This document shows, one piece after another, positions 53,988-64,000 of a stretch of 64,000 bases of DNA (position 1 is the stretch's first letter; the number at the start of each line of letters is the position of its first letter). The notes below the pieces were generated by a model, which was not told the DNA's origin, ran no database searches, and worked only from the letters and a program-made list of their open reading frames with translations. Position numbers and translations under genes: made by a program. The DNA is from Octopus sinensis (Eukaryota). The DNA lies in NCBI RefSeq assembly GCF_006345805.1, contig NC_043013.1, positions 41,540,001-41,604,000 on the forward strand, written 5' to 3'.

Positions 53988-54504
53988 GTAGTTATGTATG
54001 TAGTAAGATAACAGGATAAAGCCGTTAGTGGGAAAGGCTAAGAAAGTTAAAAACAGGAAGATGGAAAAAGAAATGAAAACAAAACACGATAAAACACGAT
54101 GAAAGATAACAGAGTAGAAGGAAGTAGAAGGAGGTTTGATATTCTGTAATAGGTTTATGGTTATAATAGTTTTAAAAGCTCATGGGTATCAAAGTTTATG
54201 GATATATATATTTAAGGATATATATATAAGAGGTTTATGGACATAGAAGTAGATATAAAATTAGATATGTTGATAAATGAGATAGACAGACATTTGGATA
54301 GATCGATGGATAGGATGAGAGGCAGGCAGGAAGGTAGGTAGGTAGGTAGGTAGGTAGGTAGGTAGGTAGGTAGGTAGGTAGGTATGTATGTAGGTAGGTA
54401 GGTACGTAGGTAGGTAGGTAGGTAGGTAGGTAGGTTGGTAGGTAGGTAGGTAGGTAGGTAGGTAGCTAGCTAGCTAGTTAGATAGCTAGGTAGGTAGACA
54501 GATA

Positions 54505-54543
<39 letters not shown>

Positions 54544-54589
54544 CGATTTTCTTTCTCCGTCTTCCCTTCCTGAGACCTTTCCTTTTTCT

Positions 54590-54624
54590 GTTTCTGACGA
54601 AGAGCTCCGCTCGAAATGTTAAAT
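54590..54624 (+). ncRNA. Minimal type I hammerhead motif
   Basis: GTTT CTGACGA A GAGC tcc GCTC GAA A tg T T AAAT. Stem III is one base pair, probably a decayed ACGT palindrome. Confidence 0.6.
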
Positions 54625-54718
54625 CCTTCTTCTTTCTTTCCTTTCCTGAGCGTCCAATAATAGTATACGTGCTTCACGCTTTCGCGTTGTTGTGTTTTCT
54701 CTTGGTACATGTTTGGAT

Positions 54719-54765
<47 letters not shown>

Positions 54766-55515
54766 TATATATATATTGGTGTTATTTTGCTTCAGTGTTA
54801 TTTATTTTTTACATTAATCTTAATCTTATTTCGGCCAGAGTTCTTTCGTCACACTCCTGTGGCCGCATCAGTGGTCCTTTGTTTTCTTCTTTCTTATTTG
54901 TGTCTCTCCTTACTAACCGTCAACTATTTTGTATTAGATATGTTGATAAATAAGATAGACAGACAGATGCATAGATTGATGGATAGAATGAGATGAAGGC
55001 AGGCAGGCAGACAGGCTGGTAGGTAGGTAGGTAGTTAGCTAGGTAGCTAGGTAGGTAGACAGATAGACATATATATATAGAGAGAGAGACATATATATGA
55101 AAATATTTATATATTTATATATATATATATATTATTATATATATATATATATATATAGATGGATAGATAGATAGCGGGAGAGAGGGAGAAAGATATAGGA
55201 AAATAGGTAGGTAGATCGGTAGGTAGGTTGGTAGGTAGCTATGTAGGTAGAAGGACAGATAATTTACCCTACACATGACTTGGGACCTGGAATAAGCCTT
55301 GCTGTTGGGTGTTATAGCTTATTTCATGACCGGTTTGAAATCAATCATTTCTTGATCACGGTTAGTGCCGGTTAAAGATCCTGAAAGCCGTAGATGTTTT
55401 CTCACGTATCCAACTAGTTATTCGTGTATGAGTGTGTGTATGTGCGTGTGTAAGTGTGTGTGTGTGTGTGTTGTGTGTGTGTGTGTGTGGTGTGTGTGTG
55501 TGGTGTGTGTGTGTG

Positions 55516-55581
<66 letters not shown>

Positions 55582-55918
55582 AATGATTGTATATATTTAT
55601 AAAACAAATGACGGGCGGAAAATAGAATACACGGGAAACTTTGTTGCTCACAACGATCGTTTCGACACATCCTACAGCGATCCCTCGCAGGTGGGAAACT
55701 ATGCAACTAATCGTGGCACATTCCTCAGTGCAGAAGCGTCTGGTCAGGTGACGAAATAAGAGGTATCACGTTAAATGAACTCCGTTTCGCTTGAACTTTT
55801 ATACAGTTGGCTTAACCCTAGGGGAATTAACAACATGCTATAATACGCGGTTGGCTATAAGCCAACCGCGTCCGTATATATATATATATAGAGAGAGAGA
55901 TATATATACTTAGGTATG

Positions 55919-55956
<38 letters not shown>

Positions 55957-56294
55957 AACCCTTCGGGAGCAAAGTGTGGCTGAACGTGGAACACGAAGCA
56001 GAGAAAGCAAATCCATTATTTGTATGCTACAAATCATTGCGATATATGGGACTATAAAAATCTGCAAGACCTTAAGATTTAAAGGATGCCGGTTAAAAGG
56101 GGATACTTTCCATCACTGTCTTGCAACCTAGTAGGTGGCCTCTCAAATTTACTCCAAAGTAAAAAGATAATAAATGAAAACATACATACGTACGTACATA
56201 CATACATACATACATACATACATACATACATACATACATACATACATACATACATACATAGAGGAAAATACGTAGTCATAGAAGTTAGCTGTCC

Positions 56295-56810
56295 CGCCGA
56301 CGAAATTTTTTCCCACGAAAGTTCCGGACCCCAATTATGAACTTATTTGCGTACAGCCAATCAGAGCTCAACTATCAAACTAATTTATGAGCGCATAACA
56401 AATGATGGGCGATAAGATAAGGTCACTCGGATAAGGAATGACCATGCTTCTCTTCCCTTTTAATAATGCTTGTTGTTCTTGTTCTTGTTTCAACCATGGC
56501 TGCCTCTGCGTAGTTATTTGTGTTGTTGTTTATTTCGTAAAACAGTAAGAGGAGAGGTTTGCTAGCACAATAGCCTCTACCCACATTTTTCCCACCTACA
56601 TCTTTACTATATGAGGACCTAACAAAGTCCGATAATAGGTATAGATGCAAATCTATCTAATTACAACACCGTTCCTCGTCTTGAGTTTACTAGAGTGTGT
56701 TTGTTAATTTGACAACAAGATCAAGGTGAGCTCTGATTGGCTGTATGCAAATGAGCTCCTTACTGGAATCCGAAACTCTTGTGAGAAAAAATATTTCGCA
56801 TCCCGACGAT
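56295..56810. mobile_element. MITE-like element with imperfect inverted ends
   Basis: atttgcgtacagccaatcagagctca (~56345) vs tgagctctgattggctgtatgcaaat (~56727), with further outer matches. Confidence 0.65.
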
Positions 56811-57562
56811 GTGAATATCTCTTCGGAAATCAAGGAGAGAGAAGATACTTATGCATAAGTGCTTCGATATCACCAGTTTCAATACCTAGATTACAAATTT
56901 ACGTTTATACCAATAATTGTGCACTTGGTTTTGTATGTAAATGCCTAACTGACAGTCTGGATAAGTTTGGACTTTCAGAAAAAGCAATCAAATTGGCAGA
57001 CTTTTCTCAGGTTTAAAATGTGACATTGTTTTTGTTACCCGCTTTCCAGCGATGGAACTTTGTATCTTTGATAGAAACCAGCTCCTTTCTGTAAGGAAAC
57101 ATTTTAATATTTCATTATGCAGTTGTACAAATGAATATTTAGAAAAGAACATTATTATTATTTTATTTTTTTTGTAATATTGTAGATATATTTTATATTT
57201 GCTACTTTCCTTACATTTTTCTCCATAATATTTGAATTTTCGTTTCGGCAAGGAAAGTTCGTAGTTTCGCTGCAGACAGAAAGTAATTATAAGAGACAGA
57301 AGAAAAAGTAGTAAAAGGCGAAAGAAAACGAGAAAAAGAAAAGAGTAACAGCTTATTGAGGGAATAGAGTTGAGAATACGAATTGGCAGCGAGAGAGACT
57401 GAAAACTAAGAAGCTTGAAAGAAAATGAAGGAGTTGAAGAAATAGAGTGCAATGTCAGGAAATAGAAAATATACATACATGCATTCATACGGACATACAT
57501 GTATACATGCACGCGCATGTAAATATATAGAAATATATAAAAAAATACACACATACACACAC

Positions 57563-57601
<39 letters not shown>

Positions 57602-57656
57602 TACTCACACATACACATATGTATATATGTATGTATATATACACATACATATACAT

Positions 57657-57747
<91 letters not shown>

Positions 57748-58439
57748 CGTATGTATGTATGTATGTGTATATAAAACGTGATATACACACAGAGCAGCCA
57801 TGCTGAAGGAGTGATGAGGAAACGGTGAAAAAAGCAGATGAGAGAAATGCAGAAGAATATATAAACAGTACGAATAGAAGAAATAAGGAAAGAGAGAGAG
57901 GGAGAAAGAAAGAGGGGGAGAAGAAGGGAAAGAAAGTGAATGAAGAGTAGAGAAGAAAGATACTTAAGTTGAAGTATCTATTAAGTTATTTGAAATTCGT
58001 CAAAAAGAAATGTCTTTAGAATATTTTGAAAAAGTGAATGCTTTAGTAAAATTGAGGGCGAATAAAATATGCAGATTCACACATTAAAACACAGTTAATA
58101 CTATTTAAAATAATTTAAAATAATACTTACTTCGATTTGAGCAGAATGTTAAAAGATCAGCAGTGTCGAGAAGTATGGAATACTGAAAGGACATAAGTGT
58201 GAAGATTCTTGAAAGATATACAAAGTGATGGACTTATGATCGTAAGATTGTGGTTTCAACGCGTGGGTTGGATGATGTGTTTTGTTCTTGAGCAAAACAC
58301 TTCATTTCTCGTTGAAAAATGAGTAACCCTGTGACAGACCGGTGTCCCGTCCAAGTGGGGAATATGTAAACGCTACTGAAACCGGTAAACTAGTCCTAAG
58401 CTCCTTACGGAGGAATGTGGCCTGGCTATACTTTGACGC

Positions 58440-59130
58440 CAGAATGGGAAATTTGATTTCATAAAGAGCAAGCAAACGAGGAATAATCAAAGGAAACACA
58501 AATGTAGACATCACGGAGGCTAGAGGAGGAGTTGAAGTATCTCGGGGCCGTATTAATGAGTGATAGGAGGTTGAGTCGGATGTCAGAATTGCAAGTGTTG
58601 ACACAGTAATACACCAGCCCCGGCTTTCGATCCTCAAAAGAAGAGAGGTTGATGAAAATGCCAGACTCGATATATTCAGCTTTCGTGCACGTCCTCACCT
58701 ATGGTCATGAATATTGTGTAGTGACCAAGAGAGTACAATCGCGAATACAAGTGGCTGAAATGGGGTTCTTCCGAAGAGTCTGTCTCCGGAATAACGTCAC
58801 TCGACAAGGCGCGTAATTTGGAGATCGGACAGTCTCTCCATGTCGATCCGCCATATATCCACATTCAGAGATCATAACACAGGTACTAGGAACATGTGAT
58901 TACAATATCACAGGAAATAACTGAAAGACATTCTTCAAGCTGAGCTAACTGACAGGAGACTTAGGCGAAGACCAAAAACCACATGATGGGATTATATCTA
59001 CAGTCTCAATTGCTCACGCTTGGAAATCCAGTCAGAGAGTGTAATAACTGTTACTTCTGATGGGAACCTATGTAGAAGACGCCTGAGGAATCTACGCCAA
59101 GATCCTCCCAGGAAAAGTGGGTGGAGAAGA
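58440..59130 (+). mobile_element. Old RTE-clade LINE fragment
   Basis: Frameshifted LKYLG, LTYGHEYCVVTKRVQSRIQVAEMGFFRRV. Confidence 0.8.
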
Positions 59131-59385
59131 CGGTTGAATGGATGGAATAGCTAAATACTGAAATAGGGATGAGATAAGATGGAACTAATGCATTTGAATA
59201 TATAATAAATAAAACTAATAATAGTATTTGCTTCGAAGTCAGGCACAGTATTATCGACCCCAGTACGTAAATGGAAATTTATTTTGTCATTCCTGAAGTG
59301 ATGAAAGGCAAAGTTGTTATCGGCAGAGCTTGAATAACAACAACATCAATAATAACAATGATATAACAACAACAACAACAACAAC

Positions 59386-59461
<76 letters not shown>

Positions 59462-60027
59462 AATGCCCTGATGCAGTACCAGGCAGTGGCTTTCATGGCT
59501 TCTCATCTTACCTGATTGGAAGTGTTATCCTGTACATTGTTTTGTTTTGGTATAAAAGATGGGCTACAGAAAATATTCTGCTCAATACCACAGATTTGCT
59601 TGTCAGTTGTTTGACCTTAACCAGTTGAGCATGTCCCTTAGTGGCTGACGATATGTGCATCACTGATCACGAGCAGAGGTAGTGGGGGAGCATCATACCC
59701 ATTTGTCGAGAGGAATTCTTTTGGAGTTTGGAAAATTCACCTTTGGAAACATGGGTGTTTCGTTCAACATCCTTAAACAACCCTTATTCAGAGACCATTT
59801 GAGCGGGATGGCTTACTCAACTAGAAGAAAATTCTAACTAGGCCCCACCTGCAAGGTCATGTGCTGTTTATCTTGATATGAGATCACCATGTCGCGCACA
59901 TATGGTTGCGATGCATGTGCCCGGTGTACCCTTATCAGATGGGTTGTCATGATGGGTATACTGGGCTTCGTATATTTTACCCCAGTGTCACTTTGATGGC
60001 ATGCACTGCTCTCCCACTCAATAGTAA

Positions 60028-60126
<99 letters not shown>

Positions 60127-60292
60127 TAAAGATGGTAAGTGTCTGCCAATATGTACAAACTGCACAATTACAAAAACTGTAAACCACAGCAAAAGTATAA
60201 AATGGAAGAAAAACAAAGAAAATTCAGTAATTCAAAAAATTGAACTGTGTGAACATCAGTATATATTATTATTATTATTATTATTATTATTA

Positions 60293-61796
60293 CTTTTTTT
60301 TCTTCTTTCAAATTTTCTTCCATTTCTTGCCGAGTGTCTTCCCGACTCCTAGGGCAAAGAAACTCATAGTGTATATTGGTAGGCCATTAAACCAAACTCA
60401 GTAGTTCGTTCATTTTTTTTTTTTTTTTTTAAAGTTAAATTAAAATACATGAGCAGCAACAGTTCTCGCATCGACAATGCTCTTCTCAATACGTGTGATG
60501 TACCAGTTAAGACAATCTTTTGCACTTCTTGCAGGGATGGTAAGCCAGGGATCATTCTCATATAATTTTCGGTTCCCTTCTTGATCATTCCTAGTGCTCC
60601 TACGATCACTGGTATTGTAACCGCCTTGAGATGCCACATTTTCTCAATTTCAATGAGTAGGTCTTTATATTTTCTGAGCTTGTCAAACTATTTCGCTGAG
60701 ATATTATGATCACAGGGGATTCTCATGTCGATCAATAAGCAAACTTTATTGTTTTGGTCTTTCACAACAATATCTGGTTTATTGGCCTTGATGGTTCGGT
60801 CTGTATGTACTGGAAAGTCCCACAGAATGGTTACATTTTCTCCTTCAGTTACAGCCTCAGGGTGGTGATTATACCACTTGTCGGCAGTTTTGATATTGTA
60901 ATGCCGACTTAGCCAGTGGAGATATTGGCCAACTCTGTCATGTCTTAATTTATACTCCACTGGTGCTAAGACTTTACATCCAGAGATTAGGTGGTCCACT
61001 GTTTCAATCATGTCGTTGCAGAATCGGCATTTTGGGTCTGCTCCTTTTTTCATCACATTGGCCTGGTAGTTCCGGGTTAATAGGCTTTGGTCTTGAGCAG
61101 CCAGGATGAAACCTTCGCTCTCTGCTTTTAGCCCTGAGCTCCGCAGCCACTGATGGGTTTGCCTCTGGTCAACATCAGCTTGTTTGCTGCGGGTCACATA
61201 TTTGCCGTGCAGAGGTTTCTCCTCCCACCTATCAGCCAATTGCTCGTGCGCTTTTTTCATTGCCATCATTTTCACCTTCTTTGCAACAATAGTTGCCGTA
61301 CTTCCCTCGGGTTGTTCAGTTTGGGTATCCTGCACGAGATCAATAGCAAATTTTTTGCTTTCCTTGATGATAGAATGAAGCTTCTTTCGTCTCTCGTGAT
61401 TTTCCACGAGCTTTAGCATCCAGTCATTCGATATTTCGAGATATTTGGCCAGTCCAATTGTGGTTGTTTTGTAAGCTAGTTCAAATTGGATCAGGCCTCG
61501 ACCTCCTTGGGCTCTGGGAAGGTAAAGGCGATCTACGTCTGCCTTTGGGTGGTGCATCCTATTACAACTCAGCAGCTTGCGTATTTTTCTATCTATATTC
61601 TTTACTTCACTCATATTCCAGTTCAACACATTGTAGCTATAAGTAACAACTGAACTGCTAAGGAATTTATAGCTAACACCTTGTTACGTGCATTTAGTTC
61701 AGATTTCAGGACTGCACGAACTCTCCTATAACATTCCTTCCTGATCTTCTCTTTCATGCTTGCATGCTGAATACCAGAGCCTTCATTTATCCCTAA

Positions 61797-61799
<3 letters not shown>
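60293..61799 (-). mobile_element. R4/Dong-like LINE (restriction-like endonuclease), 5'-truncated, flanked by (TAA)n
   Basis: RLYLPRAQGGRGL, KPLHGKY, CRFC...HLISGC zinc knuckle, KPDIVV...LLID REL motif, VIVGALG. One premature stop lies near 60688. Confidence 0.93.
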
Positions 61800-61878
<79 letters not shown>

Positions 61879-62225
61879 TTTCTATCAGTAATTAAAAATA
61901 GAACAAGGTGAATTGTTTCTTTTCAAGGCCAAGGTCAGTGTTCTCGTTGATCGCTAGTAGTAGTAAACACATTTGACCTTTGCTGACCCAAAGGGTGTGA
62001 GGTCTTTTTTGTCTCCTTATCGCACAGGAATGTCCATTGCTGACCTCCTCACCATCTGCCGAATCTAATTACAGACCTGTAGAATTTGGTCTATTCACCA
62101 AGCTGTTACTCTTCATCCTACTATTCCCTTCAACACTCACATATTTATGATCATCTCAAGTACAAGACAAAACTTGAAACCAAACAACATTTAATACCTT
62201 TTAATAATAAATGGAAATAATAATG

Positions 62226-62292
<67 letters not shown>

Positions 62293-62319
62293 TGATGATG
62301 ATGATGATGATGATGATTG

Positions 62320-62470
62320 AGCCAAAACTCATAATAAGTGTCAAACTATATGAAAAGAAAGAATGGTGGCAGAGGACTAATTAATATAGACCATTGTATA
62401 AGGAGTGAAAGGAGAATGCTTGCTGAGTATTTGATAAATAGTGACGAAGATCTGCTGCAATATACGGGGA
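62320..62470 (+). mobile_element. Fragment of a second R4/Dong-like family
   Basis: MKRKNGGRGLINIDHCIRSERRMLAEYL, directly after (TAA)n(TGA)n. Confidence 0.75.
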
Positions 62471-62639
62471 CCCATATTATTATTGATAAGCTTAAATGCT
62501 AAAGTTAGAACGATGGTGGTAATGATAATCAACGTGATTATGGTGGCGACACAATGCGAGCACTTTATTTATATATATATATATGTGTGTATGTACATAC
62601 ATGTGCACGTGTATATACAAATAAAGAGAGGACGAGAGA

Positions 62640-62932
62640 GATGGAATCTCAATAACGACTCTCGTGGGAACCCCACAAACGACTCATGAAATCATGATGC
62701 AATACAGCAAGGAAAGAATTAACGGCGAGAATGAAGCTATAGCCGACCATGGTGAAGGTTTTCTGCCCGGCACGTCCGAAACCGCCCGCATCAGGGGCAG
62801 TGATCTGGCCTCGGTCGGTCGTTGTGCCACAACAGATCACATACATGGTGTGCGCAAAAACAGACATAAGTGAACGAAGGAAGAGTACGATACACTTATT
62901 GAATGTCATGAAAGAGCAAAGCTGCAAAGAAG
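62640..62932 (+). mobile_element. Possible R4/Dong-like ORF N-terminal remnant
   Basis: ...RKNRHK*TKEEYDTLIECHERAK resembles the R-x-K-W-T-x-E-E N-terminal motif I recall from R4-clade ORFs. Confidence 0.45.
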
Positions 62933-62935
62933 TCC

Positions 62936-63313
62936 CGCAATGGCCCAGTGGTTAGAGCAGCGGGCTCGCGGTCGTAGGGTCGTGGTTTCGATTCCCAGAC
63001 CGGGCGTTGTGAGTGTTTATTGAGCAAAAACACCTAAAGCTGCACGAGACTCCGGCAGGGGGGTGGTCGTGAACCCTTCTTTACTCTTTCATCGCAACTC
63101 TCTCTCACTCTTCCTGTTTCTGTTGTACCTGTATTTCAAAGGGTCAGCCTTGTCACACTCTGTGTCAGGCTGAATCTCCCCGAGAACTGCGTTAAGGGTT
63201 CCCATTTCTGTGGAGTGCTCAGCCACAGACACGTGTGCTCGTTAATTTCACGAGCAGGCTGTTCCGTTGATCGGATTAACTGTAACACTCGTCATCGCAA
63301 CCGACGGAGTGCC
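62936..63313 (+). mobile_element. SINE family B
   Basis: Aligns to 17249-17636 and 50455-50832. Confidence 0.93.
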
Positions 63314-63400
63314 ACGATATATAGAAACTATTTAAACTATTTAAAAATGCTTCAGCTTCAAAGCTACGGCCATGCATATTATTTCTGTGTGTGTGTGTGT

Positions 63401-63469
<69 letters not shown>

Positions 63470-63537
63470 ATAAACCACTGAGGGGTCAAAAGTAATACAA
63501 AATACATGAATTGATATTTAGAAGTATATATTTTCAA

Positions 63538-63753
63538 GGCGGTGAGCTGGCAGAAAGGTTAGCACGCCGGGCGAAATGCTTAGTGGTATTTCGTCTGCCG
63601 TTACGTTCTGAGTTCAAATTCCACGAGGTCGACTTTGCCTTTCATCCTTTCGGGTTCGATAAATTAAGAACCAATTACACCCTGGGGTCGATGTAATCGA
63701 CTTAATCCGTTTGTCTGTCCTATGTTTAGCTCCTTGTGGGCAATAAAGAAATA
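63538..63753 (+). mobile_element. SINE family A, full length with 18-bp TSD
   Basis: TSD agaagtatatattttcaa at 63520-63537 and 63754-63771. Confidence 0.96.
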
Positions 63754-63829
63754 AGAAGTATATATTTTCAAAACTTATATATATGCAAGTAATTAACCGG
63801 CGTCTTTAGTTCGTAGAATTTCAACACCA

Positions 63830-63975
63830 CTTAAGTTCAAATTCCGCCGAGGTCGACTTTGCCTTTCATCCCTTCGGAGTCGATAAATTAAGTACCAGTT
63901 GCGTACTTGGGTCGATCTAATCGACTGGCGCCCTCCCACAAAATTTCGGCCCTTGTGCCTAGAGTAGAAAACAAT
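63830..63975 (+). mobile_element. SINE family A, 5'-truncated, alternative tail
   Basis: agttcaaattccgccgaggtcgac...aaaatttcggcccttgtgcctagagtagaaa. Confidence 0.9.
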
Positions 63976-64000
63976 TTCAATACCACTAGAACGAGTCCAC

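Noticed and set aside
57011-58180. Candidate micro-exons (57011-57090 +, ~58131-58182 -, also ~15995-16050 -)
   Set aside because: The splice-like signals and short open frames are at chance level in AT-rich DNA. They have inconsistent strands and no recognisable protein.
59900-60020. HDV-like ribozyme at the end of the unclassified TAA-flanked block, and at ~62740-62820
   Set aside because: I found only simple or nested hairpins and could not assemble the double pseudoknot.

Overview
Repeat-saturated eukaryotic DNA, most likely an octopus genome (inferred from the tRNA-derived SINE families and extreme microsatellite load). I cannot confidently call a host protein-coding gene, and nearly all ORFs in the supplied track are translations of microsatellites. 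Recognisable coding remnants all come from transposons: two mariner transposases, a rearranged L1/Tx1-like LINE, a Helitron helicase, a Penelope-like (PLE) reverse transcriptase, four RTE-clade fragments and R4/Dong-like LINEs in (TAA)n repeats. Three SINE families, non-autonomous Helitron/Helentron elements and MITEs are also present. The main hidden signal is a set of type I hammerhead ribozyme (HHR) motifs from several unrelated PLE pseudo-LTR-like repeat families. They have palindromic stem III and show three different Watson-Crick versions of the core 3-8 pair (C3-G8, U3-A8, G3-C8). They sit in fold-back insertions whose inverted arms end at, or about 20 nt downstream of, the predicted cleavage site. 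One is a 2.7-kb palindrome enclosing a PLE RT fragment with an HHR near each outer end. All coordinates and folds were read by eye; no searches or folding programs were run.
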